A stretch of DNA of 64,000 bases from Candidatus Levyibacteriota bacterium. GTDB taxonomy: Bacteria > Patescibacteriota > Microgenomatia > Levybacterales > UBA12049. The position numbers and the translations under genes are program-made. How positions within the stretch are numbered: position 1 is the stretch's first letter; each line of letters begins with the position of its first letter. Shown piece after piece: positions 27,396 through 36,658 of this stretch. The stretch is from assembly GCA_016199085.1 (NCBI GenBank), contig JACQHJ010000003.1, positions 103,517 through 167,516 of the forward strand, in the 5' to 3' direction. Below the pieces are notes generated by a model. That model worked only from the letters and a program-made list of their open reading frames with translations, did not search any database and was not told the DNA's origin.

Positions 27396-30077
27396 TTAAT
27401 TCGGCCAGTGGCACTTTTTATATTTTTTTCCGCTTCCACACCAACACGGATCATTTCTTCCAAGTTTTTTCTTTGCAAGTTTTTTCTGGTCATCGGAAAC
27501 CTCTTTATTTATATTTTCTCCTGCAGGTTTCTCACTAACGCCTGGTTTATTAAGTGGATTTTCTACTGGAGGATTATTATGAACATGAATCTTATAAATT
27601 CTATGAACCATTTCGTCGTCAACAGCGTTTATTAATTGTTCAAACATTGTATACGCTTCATTTTTGTACTCAACTAAAGGATCTTTCTGGCCGTATCCAC
27701 GAAGACCGATTCCCTGTCTTAAATTATCTATTGCATCCAAATGATCAACCCAAAGATTGTCAATTACGGAAAGTGAAACAAATTTTTCAAGCTGCCTCAT
27801 CAAATCCTCACCCATTTCTTGTTCCCGTTTTTGATAAAGATCGTTTGCAATATTGGTTAAGAAAGAAATTTTGTCTTCAATACCCCGTAGTTGTTCAAGC
27901 TGGATTGCAATTTGTTTTAATGACTCTTCATCAAAAGGAATAATTGTCCCAAACTGCTCAGCAATCTTATCAGACGGAGATTTTCCTTCCTCAAAACTTT
28001 CTGAATACATTGTAACCAAGGCCGAAATACTGGCGTGTATTTTTTCAATTAAATCTTGCCTTAAATCTTTTGACTTTTCGTCAGTTTCCAAGACCGCTCT
28101 TCTTCTTTGATAAATAATTTCCCTTTGCTTATTTAAGACGTCGTCATAATCGACCAAGTGTTTTCTGATATCAAAATTATATCCCTCAACCTTAACTTGA
28201 GCCTGCTCTATTGCTCTTGAAACAAGCGGATGCGATAGGGGTACGGCTTCAGGCATATTAAATTTCGTCATTAACCCCGAGATCGTGTCACCGCCAAAAA
28301 GCCTCATGATTTCATCATCCAAGCCTACAAAAAACTGTGAAAGTCCTGGATCACCTTGTCTTCCGGATCTTCCTCTTAGCTGGTTATCAATTCTTCTTGA
28401 TTCGTGTCTTTCAGTTCCGATTACATATAGTCCACCCAAATCTACAACCTCTTTGTGTTTTTGCTCCCAGTCTTTCCATTTACTAGATGTTTTATCATCA
28501 GTTCCATCAGATTTTTTAGGGGGCTGACCTCCAAGGATAATATCAACACCGCGTCCTGCCATATTGGTTGCAACAGTAACCGCACCTTTTTCTCCAGCTT
28601 TTGCAATGATTTCTGCTTCTCTTTCATGGTTTTTGGCATTTAAGACTTCGTGTTTAATACCTTTTCTTTTTAAGAGCTGGCTTACTATCTCATTTTTATC
28701 AATTGAGGTTGTGCCAACCAAAACAGGCTGTCCTCTTTTATTGGCTTTTTCAATCTCAGCTGCAACCGCGGTATATTTGGCATTTTTTGTTTTATAGATA
28801 GCATCTGACATGTCATTTCGTACCATGTCTCTGTGAGTCGGGATGACAACTACATCCAGCTTATATATCTTATTGAACTCTTCCGCTTCTGTGACTGCCG
28901 TTCCAGTCATACCGGCAAGACGCTCATACATCCTAAAATAGTTTTGCAAAGAAACGGTAGCAAGAGTTTTGGATTCTCTCTGTATGGCAACGCCTTCTTT
29001 GGCTTCAATTGCCTGATGGAGTCCTTCAGAAAGCCTTCTTCCAATCATAAGCCTTCCCGTAAACTCGTCAACCAAGATTACTTCTCCTTCTTTGACAATA
29101 TAATCTTTTTCTTTGTGGAAAAGCGTCCTTGCCTTTAGCGCTGCTTCCAAATGATAAACAGTATCAAAATCCCTTTCGTATATATTGGCAATTCCGTAGA
29201 GTTTTTCTATCTTTCCGATTCCATGATCTGTTAAATGGGCTGTTCGCAGTTTCTCATCAATCTTATAATCAGTTTCGGAACTTAACTTATCAACGAGCCT
29301 TGCGTATTCATAATACTTCTGGGTTGGTTCTTCATCGGGAGCTGAAATTATATGCGGAGTCCTTGCCTCATCAATTAATACTGAGTCAACCTCATCGACA
29401 ATTGCAAAGTAAAAACCCCGCTGCACCAAAGAAGCCTTGTCTTGTGCCATATTATCTCTTAGATAATCAAAGCCAAACTCGGAGTTTATGCCATAGACAA
29501 TATCTGCCTCGTATGCTGTCTTTCTGTCAATTTCTTTTAGGTGCAAAAGTCTGACGTCCGTTGCTTCTTTGTTGACAAACTTTGGGTCAAAAAGAAAAGA
29601 CTGTTCGCTAATAAGAGAAGAAACAGTCATTCCCAGGAAATCAAAGATCGGACCCATCCAACCCGCATCTCTTCTTGCTAGATAATCGTTGACCGTAACC
29701 AAGTGGACATTTTTGCCTGTCAATGCATGAAGAAAAAGGGCGGGAGTTGCAGACAATGTTTTTCCTTCCCCTGTTTTTTGCTCTGCAATCTTTCCGCTAG
29801 CCAAAACAGCTGCAGCTATAAGCTGGACGTCAAAATGCCGTAGTCCCACAGTTCTTACGGCTGCTTCCCGAACAAGCGCAAAAGCTTCCGGCATGATTTG
29901 CTCAAGGGGCTCACCGTCCTCAACTCTTTCTCTAAATTCTGCTGTTTTTTTGGGAAAGTCCGTAGCTTTTAATTTTTTATACTTTTCCTCTAAACTATTT
30001 ATTCTTTCAATAGCTGCCTGTAGTTTATTAATCTCTTTTTCGTTTGAGTCAAAAAGCTTACCAAAGATATTTAGCAT
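27396..30077 (-). CDS. secA: Protein translocase ATPase SecA
   Basis: KTGEGKT, VDEVDSVLIDEARTP, ATNMAGRG, RRIDNQLRGRSGRQGDPG, C-terminal CWCGSGKKYKKCH. Start moved to MLNIFG, 7 nt after TGcTAAGAT (track start 30107). Confidence 0.97.
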   Translation of the reverse strand: MLNIFGKLFDSNEKEINKLQAAIERINSLEEKYKKLKATDFPKKTAEFRERVEDGEPLEQIMPEAFALVREAAVRTVGLRHFDVQLIAAAVLASGKIAEQKTGEGKTLSATPALFLHALTGKNVHLVTVNDYLARRDAGWMGPIFDFLGMTVSSLISEQSFLFDPKFVNKEATDVRLLHLKEIDRKTAYEADIVYGINSEFGFDYLRDNMAQDKASLVQRGFYFAIVDEVDSVLIDEARTPHIISAPDEEPTQKYYEYARLVDKLSSETDYKIDEKLRTAHLTDHGIGKIEKLYGIANIYERDFDTVYHLEAALKARTLFHKEKDYIVKEGEVILVDEFTGRLMIGRRLSEGLHQAIEAKEGVAIQRESKTLATVSLQNYFRMYERLAGMTGTAVTEAEEFNKIYKLDVVVIPTHRDMVRNDMSDAIYKTKNAKYTAVAAEIEKANKRGQPVLVGTTSIDKNEIVSQLLKRKGIKHEVLNAKNHEREAEIIAKAGEKGAVTVATNMAGRGVDIILGGQPPKKSDGTDDKTSSKWKDWEQKHKEVVDLGGLYVIGTERHESRRIDNQLRGRSGRQGDPGLSQFFVGLDDEIMRLFGGDTISGLMTKFNMPEAVPLSHPLVSRAIEQAQVKVEGYNFDIRKHLVDYDDVLNKQREIIYQRRRAVLETDEKSKDLRQDLIEKIHASISALVTMYSESFEEGKSPSDKIAEQFGTIIPFDEESLKQIAIQLEQLRGIEDKISFLTNIANDLYQKREQEMGEDLMRQLEKFVSLSVIDNLWVDHLDAIDNLRQGIGLRGYGQKDPLVEYKNEAYTMFEQLINAVDDEMVHRIYKIHVHNNPPVENPLNKPGVSEKPAGENINKEVSDDQKKLAKKKLGRNDPCWCGSGKKYKKCHWPN

Positions 30078-30105
30078 ACAACCTATCTTAGCATAAATCA
30101 GCCTC

Positions 30106-30137
30106 AAAAAAAATCCCTCACCGTAAAGATGAGGGAT
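30106..30137 (-). terminator. Intrinsic terminator of the MAKKRKKKK unit
   Basis: ATCCCTCA-TCTTTACGG-TGAGGGAT followed by a T run. Confidence 0.85.
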
Positions 30138-30187
30138 ACCAATTGATCAACTGGTAATAATTGGTAATGCTCCAAATTGCTTACCAA

Positions 30188-30217
30188 CTATTTCTTCTTC
30201 TTTCTTTTCTTTGCCAT
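30188..30217 (-). CDS. 9-aa polybasic micro-ORF MAKKRKKKK
   Basis: ATG GCA AAG AAA AGA AAG AAG AAG AAA TAG preceded by GGGAGGTGA at 7 nt; upstream TTGACA (30302-30307) and TACAAT (30281-30286); own terminator. Confidence 0.65.
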   Translation of the reverse strand: MAKKRKKKK

Positions 30218-30378
30218 TGTTAATTCACCTCCCTTTCGGTTTATAAATTATTTTTACTATTAACCAGTAATTAAGTTTATATTGTAATATTTTTTCTTTA
30301 ATGTCAAGAAATTTTCTTTGCTTCAAAATACGCGGTTTTAATTGATTTAGCAATTAAAATTAGTGAGGCTAATTTTTA

Positions 30379-31602
30379 CTATTTTATTACACTTTTACCC
30401 AAAATTTCTTGTAAAACTTCGGGGACTTTTATTGACCCATCAGCTTGTTGGAAGTTTTCTAAAATTGCAATGATTGGTCTTGTAGAAAAAGCAGTACCGT
30501 TTAGGATGCTTACAAACTTTCTTTCGTTATCTTCTTGGTATCTAATATTTAGCCTTCTTGCTTGGAAATCAGTTGTTGTAGAAGTTGATGTAACTTCCCT
30601 GTATTTTCCCTCAGATGGAACCCATGCCTCCAGGTCATACTTTCTGGCAGCAGGATATCCCAAATCTCCGCTACACATTTTTACGACTTGGTATGGGATA
30701 CCTAATGCCTGAAGTAACTTTTCTTCTATTGATAAAAGATATTCGTGTTCCTTATCATCTTCTCCCTCTTTTGTATAAGAAACCATCTCAACTTTGTCAA
30801 ACTGATGAACTCTTAAAATTCCCCTTGTATCTTTTCCATAGCTTCCGGCTTCTCTTCTAAAACACGTTGAAAAACCAACGTATCTTTTGGGTAAATCTTT
30901 TGCATTTAAGACTTCGTCTTTGTGCATTGCAACAATTGATTGTTCGCTTGTTCCGACCAAAACCAAATCGTCTTTATCAAAAATGTACATATCTTCATCT
31001 CCACCGTTTTCCATGTAACCCAGTCCTTTCATAATCTCTGTCTTGATTAAAACCGGTGGTATAAGAGGAATAAACCCTTCTTTAAGTAAAATGTCAAAAG
31101 CAAGCTGTCTTAGCGCAAATTCCAAAAGTGCTCCGTCATTTTTCAGAAAATAAAATCTGGCGCCTGATATTTTGGAAGCTCTGACTACGTCAATAATATC
31201 CAGACTTTCTCCTAAGGTAAGATGATCTTTTGGAGTAAAATCAAATTTAGTAGGCTCTCCTACTTTTCTTAAGACTTCATTATCTTCCTCGTTTTTACCA
31301 ACCTTAACATCGTCTTTTGCCGGATTTGGGACTTTTAAAAGATAAATATTTAGTTCTTCCCTGACTGCGTTTAAGGCATGCTCATGTTTTTCCAGTTTTA
31401 TCTTAATGTCTTTGCCTTTTTCAATGTTTTTTTCTTTTGCAACTTTGTTTCTTTCCTCTCGAAGTGACTGAACCATGGTATCCAAGCCTCTAAGTTTATT
31501 ATCAAGCTCCAGGATATGTTCAACATTAATCTCTATACCCTTATCATTGGCTTTCTTTTGAATCTTTTCAGGGTTTTCTCTAATTTGTTTTATATCAAGC
31601 AT
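30379..31602 (-). CDS. serS: Seryl-tRNA synthetase
   Basis: MLDIKQIREN, GTSEQ, CFRREAGSYGKDTRGILRVHQFDKVE, LNGTA. Confidence 0.97.
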   Translation of the reverse strand: MLDIKQIRENPEKIQKKANDKGIEINVEHILELDNKLRGLDTMVQSLREERNKVAKEKNIEKGKDIKIKLEKHEHALNAVREELNIYLLKVPNPAKDDVKVGKNEEDNEVLRKVGEPTKFDFTPKDHLTLGESLDIIDVVRASKISGARFYFLKNDGALLEFALRQLAFDILLKEGFIPLIPPVLIKTEIMKGLGYMENGGDEDMYIFDKDDLVLVGTSEQSIVAMHKDEVLNAKDLPKRYVGFSTCFRREAGSYGKDTRGILRVHQFDKVEMVSYTKEGEDDKEHEYLLSIEEKLLQALGIPYQVVKMCSGDLGYPAARKYDLEAWVPSEGKYREVTSTSTTTDFQARRLNIRYQEDNERKFVSILNGTAFSTRPIIAILENFQQADGSIKVPEVLQEILGKSVIK

Positions 31603-32200
31603 ATTTTTTAATAAATCGTTTTAGTTTCTGACTGGCAATGTATCTATGATTATATAACCTTTGCTCAGCTTTTGAAAGTTGGTTCTCATAAAAAAACTTT
31701 TTGATTTTGACAAGATAGAAAAATGACCTGAAAGGATACCCTTTCATAAAACTTTCCTTTGGTGTTTTAGAGATTATTCCGTTGACTTTACCCTTAACAC
31801 TAAAGACCTTTCCGCTTGGAAGCGCAAGCGAGACCACTGTCACAAATCTTGCTTTCCTATTATTATCGGGTAATGTTTTAGAAAGTTTATGCATATGGTT
31901 TATTAATTCTTCATCAGTTGAGTGGTGTCCGAGCCATCTTCTTGTTCTTACCCCGGGTGCATTTCCTAAAGCGCTGATTTCAATTCCACCGTCATCGGCA
32001 ATTGTTGGAAGATTTGCAATTTTTGCAAAAAATAAAGCTTTTTTCTGTGAGTTCTCTATATAAGTTTTCCCGTCTTCCTCGATATCTTTATCAATTCCCA
32101 AGTCTTTGAGTGAAACAAATTTAAAGGAAAGATCTTTTAGAAAATCTTTAAATTCATTGACCTTAGCAGGGTTTTTGGTTGCGATAAGAAGCTTTTTCAT
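31595..32200 (-). CDS. rdgB: HAM1/RdgB-family non-canonical purine NTP pyrophosphatase
   Basis: ATKNPAK, EEDGKTY..N...KA, ADDGG, APGV, NHR. Confidence 0.82.
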   Translation of the reverse strand: MKKLLIATKNPAKVNEFKDFLKDLSFKFVSLKDLGIDKDIEEDGKTYIENSQKKALFFAKIANLPTIADDGGIEISALGNAPGVRTRRWLGHHSTDEELINHMHKLSKTLPDNNRKARFVTVVSLALPSGKVFSVKGKVNGIISKTPKESFMKGYPFRSFFYLVKIKKFFYENQLSKAEQRLYNHRYIASQKLKRFIKKYA

Positions 32201-32426
32201 TTCAAAATTATATCATTTTTATTTTTGGAAAATTATGCTAATATATGTGCGCTTATGCAGGAAAGAAAGACCCACTCAGTAAATTCCCCTGGTGTAACAT
32301 CGGGGCAGGCAGCTACCCTTGACGCCTGGTTTGATACTATAGGCAAAAGTAATCTTATAATGACTCGGCTTTGCCAAAGAAGAGCGCAGCAAAGAAGGTT
32401 TGGACTAGTAAGAAGAGATTCTAGGA

Positions 32427-33953
32427 CTAGACGTCGCTAAATCTTTTTTTGACAAATTCTTTATCCAAGGAAAGTATTAACCAGGCCGCTTTTGGACCAT
32501 AATCTTTTCCAAGTAAAGATAAATAGATTGCCGCAAAAGTTTCTTTGCCGTTTAATCCCAAACTTTTCCCAATATCATAAATTTTTATTTGAAAATCCTC
32601 GGGACTCCGTTTATTATCGATCTCATTTGCAATTTGACGCAGAGCTTTTCTTTGATTATCCGATAGCTCTTTTGCTTTTTGAGGTATGTTTTTTTGTACA
32701 GTGAATTTTTCGTTTTCTGGTGCATATTTTTCTATCCAGTTTCTGGCATAAGTTGCCCAATCTTCCAAATTATTTTTTTTAATTTCAGGCTCCATATTTG
32801 GCATCTGGACCCACTGGGCCAAAACGGAAAATCTAACTGAGGGCGGATGTTTAATTTGATCACCAATTTGGGAAAGTTCAAAAATTCGGGCTATGTCGCT
32901 TCCATCTTTTTTAAAGTATGCATCAGCGGCTTTTTGATAGTCGTCAAACAGATTGGCAATTGTGTTTGGCTCCGAAGGATCAAAGTTAATTTGCGTATTT
33001 ACTTTAATTCTAACTATCAGAAACCTAATTAGCTCGGGGGGCAATATCTCAAGCATGTCTGACGCAGCAATTCCCACCCCTCTTGAAGAAGACATTTTCC
33101 TTCCACCTATCAATATCCACTCATAGGGAATTGGGAAAGGAACTGGATAATTAAGAACTCTTTTTGCTACTTCACTTGCCAGGTCATGCGAGCCGCCTTT
33201 TGACATATGGTCTTTTCCGGCTCCTTCAATAGTTACTCCAATCGCTTTCCATTTTACCGGCCACTCAACTTTCCATGGCATTTTTCCGACAATCTTGCCA
33301 TCACCGCTAAAAGGCGAGGCTTTACCTTTTTCACCGCAACCTTTTGTCCATTTAACTTTATCGACAACACATTCAAAGGTTACAAGCTTTCCATCCCAGT
33401 CTATAACCTGGGTTGTTGAAACTTTGCCGCAATTTGGACAATATAGTTGGAATGGATACCAATCATCCGGCAGTTTTTTGTCATACATTTCCTCATATAT
33501 TTTCCTGACTTTACTGGCATTATCCAAAACATCTTTAATCATCGGATTCATAAGTCCATTTGTGTATAAATCTTTGGTCCAGATAATTTCCGGTGTACTT
33601 CCGATTGCGTTAAATACTTTTTGGAAATCAGCGGCATAATACCTTGCATAATTTTCATATCCCTCAACAGGAGATGGGATTTTAAAAAGAGGCATACCCA
33701 AAAAAGGCTCAAATTTCTCTCTGTCTAAATATGAAGGGACATCATCCATTGGATCGTGATCTTCAAACACATAGGTATATTTTGCTTTTTCCCCTCTACT
33801 AAGAAGGGCTTTATAGATAAGATCATGAATTACTACTCCTCTTAAAGCACCAACATGAACCCTGCCTGAGGGAGTTTTCATGTCATCCACCCAGTATGGC
33901 TTATATTTTCCTGATTTAACAATTTGTTCTACTATTTGATCAACCCAAAACAT
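32427..33953 (-). CDS. lysS: Lysyl-tRNA synthetase, class I
   Basis: TPSGRVHVG (HIGH-like), CPNCGK, WKVEWP, GKDH, KMSSSRG. Confidence 0.95.
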   Translation of the reverse strand: MFWVDQIVEQIVKSGKYKPYWVDDMKTPSGRVHVGALRGVVIHDLIYKALLSRGEKAKYTYVFEDHDPMDDVPSYLDREKFEPFLGMPLFKIPSPVEGYENYARYYAADFQKVFNAIGSTPEIIWTKDLYTNGLMNPMIKDVLDNASKVRKIYEEMYDKKLPDDWYPFQLYCPNCGKVSTTQVIDWDGKLVTFECVVDKVKWTKGCGEKGKASPFSGDGKIVGKMPWKVEWPVKWKAIGVTIEGAGKDHMSKGGSHDLASEVAKRVLNYPVPFPIPYEWILIGGRKMSSSRGVGIAASDMLEILPPELIRFLIVRIKVNTQINFDPSEPNTIANLFDDYQKAADAYFKKDGSDIARIFELSQIGDQIKHPPSVRFSVLAQWVQMPNMEPEIKKNNLEDWATYARNWIEKYAPENEKFTVQKNIPQKAKELSDNQRKALRQIANEIDNKRSPEDFQIKIYDIGKSLGLNGKETFAAIYLSLLGKDYGPKAAWLILSLDKEFVKKRFSDV

Positions 33954-33990
33954 ATGACTATTATATTGCTTTTTAACCCAAACAAAAAGC

Positions 33991-35037
33991 CTAAATAAGC
34001 TTTTTAGCCTTTAGAAGCTCCGCGTTTAGTATAGCTGCTCCTGCTGCGCCACGTATAGTATTGTGGACCAAGAGAGTAAATTTAATATCAAAGATAGCCG
34101 ATTGCCTAATTCTCCCAACGCTTACAGACATACCGTTATTTATATCTCTGTCTAGAACCGGCTGAGGCCTGTCCTCTTCCGTTCTGACAATAATAGGATC
34201 AGCCGGAGCAGAGGGAAGATTAAGTTTTTGCGGAAGACCTTTGAAGCTTTTGAATGCTTTCACAACGTCTTCAATTGCCGGTTTTTTAATAAGCTCAACT
34301 GTTACCGATTCCAGATGTCCGTCTCTGACTGCGACCCTGTTGCAGTGAGCACTGATTATCATTTTTGCATTGTTTATTTTTCCGCTTCCAACGCTTCCTA
34401 AAAGCTTAAGCGGTTCTGTTTCTACTTTTTCTTCTTCATCTCCAATATATGGAACAACATTATCAACTGCATCAAGGGAGGCAACTCCCGGATATCCTGC
34501 GCCTGATAATGCCTGCATAGAAACAACAGAAACTCTACTTATCCCAAATGCGTCCTGCAAGGGCTTTAAGGCAAGGGTTAAGCCGATAGTCGTACAATTT
34601 GGGTTTGTGACAATAAAACCTTTGCCTTTAAATCTAGTTTTTTGGATATTTATTAAATCCAGATGCTCTGGATTTACTTCTGGGATTAAAAGTGGAACAT
34701 CGCTGTCCATTCTATGGTTTTTGGAATTACTGATAACTATGTATCCTTTTTTGGCAAATTCTTCCTCGATTGGGCCTGCCACTGATGAATCAAGAGCCGA
34801 AAACACAACCCGAGCATTAAAATCAGGAACACATAGCCTAACTTTTAATTTAGCAATGTCTTTTGGAATCCTTGGGGAGACTTTCCAGTTGACAATCTCC
34901 TCGTATCTTTTGCCAAGGCTTTTCTCTGAAGCACAAACAAACTTTACCTCAAACCACGGATGACCTTCCAGAAGTTGTACAAACCTCTGGCCGACGTTTC
35001 CGGTTGCTCCCAAAATTCCTACAGGTATTTTTCTCAT
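33991..35037 (-). CDS. asd: Aspartate-semialdehyde dehydrogenase (archaeal/fungal-like type)
   Basis: GATGNVGQ, PEVN, NPNCTT, QALSGAGYPG, CNRV, HNTIRGAAG. Confidence 0.95.
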   Translation of the reverse strand: MRKIPVGILGATGNVGQRFVQLLEGHPWFEVKFVCASEKSLGKRYEEIVNWKVSPRIPKDIAKLKVRLCVPDFNARVVFSALDSSVAGPIEEEFAKKGYIVISNSKNHRMDSDVPLLIPEVNPEHLDLINIQKTRFKGKGFIVTNPNCTTIGLTLALKPLQDAFGISRVSVVSMQALSGAGYPGVASLDAVDNVVPYIGDEEEKVETEPLKLLGSVGSGKINNAKMIISAHCNRVAVRDGHLESVTVELIKKPAIEDVVKAFKSFKGLPQKLNLPSAPADPIIVRTEEDRPQPVLDRDINNGMSVSVGRIRQSAIFDIKFTLLVHNTIRGAAGAAILNAELLKAKKLI

Positions 35038-35918
35038 ATTAATTCCATCCTTTTTAAAATATCTTTTAGAACTAATTTATTTTTCTCTTCCATAGGAACC
35101 AAAGGCAATCTGAAAACTTCCTCAATTTTTCCCATTAAAGACAGTGCTGTTTTGACAGGAAGTGGATTTGTCTCAATGAAATTTGCATTCATCAGTTCCA
35201 TTAATTTGTAATGAAGGACTTTTGCTTTTGCAAAATCTCCGTTTAATCCATATTGAATCAATTTTGCAAAATCTCTTGGAACCTCATTTGAAACAACGGA
35301 TATGCATCCGTGTCCACCGACACTAAGCAAGGGAAGCGTAAAAAGATCGTCTCCTGATAAAACACTAAAGTTGGATGGTGCTTTTTTAACTATCTCCATC
35401 ATTTGTCCCAAATTTCCTGAAGCTTCTTTTACTCCAATAATGTGATCAACTGCATTTGCAATTTTTAATGTCATATCCGAAGTTAAGTTAAGACCAGTAC
35501 GACCCGGGACATTATATACAACAATTGGCAAATCAACTGCTTTTGCGATTGCTTTATAGTGAGCGATAAGTCCGTTGATTGTTGGTTTATTGTAATAAGG
35601 CGTTACGTGTAAAAGCGCATTTGCTCCCGCCTGTTTTGCCAAAAGAGAAAAATGAACCGCTTTTAACGTATCGTTACTTCCTGCACCTGCGATTACCGGC
35701 ACTCTGCCCCTTACCTCTTCAACCACGGTTTTGACAACCAATTGGTATTCTTCGCTGTTCATAGTTGCCGCTTCACCTGTTGATCCACAAGGAACCAGAC
35801 CGTTAATACCTTCGCTCAACTGGAATTTAACCAATTTTCTAAGTGCTTCAACATCAATTGACCCATCCCTTTTAAAAGGAGTTGCCAAAGCTGTTATGGC
35901 ACCGGTTAGTTTTTTCAT
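35034..35918 (-). CDS. dapA: 4-hydroxy-tetrahydrodipicolinate synthase
   Basis: GSTGE, TPYYNKP, YNVPGRT, GVKEASG, TNPLPVK. Confidence 0.96.
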   Translation of the reverse strand: MKKLTGAITALATPFKRDGSIDVEALRKLVKFQLSEGINGLVPCGSTGEAATMNSEEYQLVVKTVVEEVRGRVPVIAGAGSNDTLKAVHFSLLAKQAGANALLHVTPYYNKPTINGLIAHYKAIAKAVDLPIVVYNVPGRTGLNLTSDMTLKIANAVDHIIGVKEASGNLGQMMEIVKKAPSNFSVLSGDDLFTLPLLSVGGHGCISVVSNEVPRDFAKLIQYGLNGDFAKAKVLHYKLMELMNANFIETNPLPVKTALSLMGKIEEVFRLPLVPMEEKNKLVLKDILKRMELI

Positions 35919-36658
35919 TTGTTACTCACCCCCAAAGTTTTAATAAAAATATCATTAAAGTTATAAAAACCTTTTTTTGACAAAATAAAGTTTGCTGCCA
36001 AAAGTGCTCCTTTTGCAAAACCTTTCCTGTTCCAAGCCTGATGAGTCAGTCTTATCTCATCGGAGGGGCTGTCAAAAACAATTTCATGCTGTCCGAAATT
36101 TCTTCCGCCTCTGACTGATGCAAAGTGTAGCTCATTTTTCCCTATCAATCCCTGTACTCTTTCTATCTGCAGTTTTGTTTTAGAAGGAAAGTTTTTCATA
36201 ATTATTTCCGCAAGTTTTCTTGCTGTACCGCTTGGACTGTCTTTTTTTCCGCTGTGATGCGTTTCAATGCCAAAGACGTCATAATCATATTTTGTCAAAA
36301 GCAGACAAGCATGGGAAACTATCGAGAAAAAAATGTTTGCACCGACTGAGAAGTTCTGCCCATAAATTAAACTGCCGTTATGTTGTTGAACAATTTTTTG
36401 CACTTTTTTGACATTGTCGTACCAACCAGTTGTTCCAACGACCATCGGTTTTTTTAGTCGCATTACTTGTCTTATATTATCAACAACAATCTCAAAAGAA
36501 CTAAAATCAATTACAACATCAGCATTTCTTATTCCTTCCAGATCAAGTTTTTCATTTCTGCTTTTGAAACTTATGGAAACAACTAAGTGGCCGTTCTCTT
36601 TTACAAGAGACTCTATTTCCTGTCCCATATTTCCGTATCCTATTAAGGCAATTTTCAC
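35915..36658 (-). CDS. dapB: 4-hydroxy-tetrahydrodipicolinate reductase
   Basis: GYGNMG, IDFS, VGTTGW, ETHHSGKKDSPSGTA, GFAKGA. Confidence 0.95.
   Translation of the reverse strand: MKIALIGYGNMGQEIESLVKENGHLVVSISFKSRNEKLDLEGIRNADVVIDFSSFEIVVDNIRQVMRLKKPMVVGTTGWYDNVKKVQKIVQQHNGSLIYGQNFSVGANIFFSIVSHACLLLTKYDYDVFGIETHHSGKKDSPSGTARKLAEIIMKNFPSKTKLQIERVQGLIGKNELHFASVRGGRNFGQHEIVFDSPSDEIRLTHQAWNRKGFAKGALLAANFILSKKGFYNFNDIFIKTLGVSNK

Noticed and set aside
27252-27635. Plus-strand 127-aa ORF over the ser leader (likewise 40575..41063 over the lys leader)
   Set aside because: Antisense to secA or kbl and to the leaders; no motifs or ribosome-binding context.
30188-30217. SecM-like arrest peptide controlling secA
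   Set aside because: No signal sequence, only 9 codons, a terminator separates it from secA, and secA has its own extended -10.
30356-30376. Hairpin AAAATTAG/CTAATTTT after serS
   Set aside because: Almost entirely A-T pairs; at most a weak terminator.
34370-34963. Long antisense ORFs such as this 197-aa one, 16542..17027 and 52277..52678
   Set aside because: They are shadows of well-supported genes on the opposite strand.
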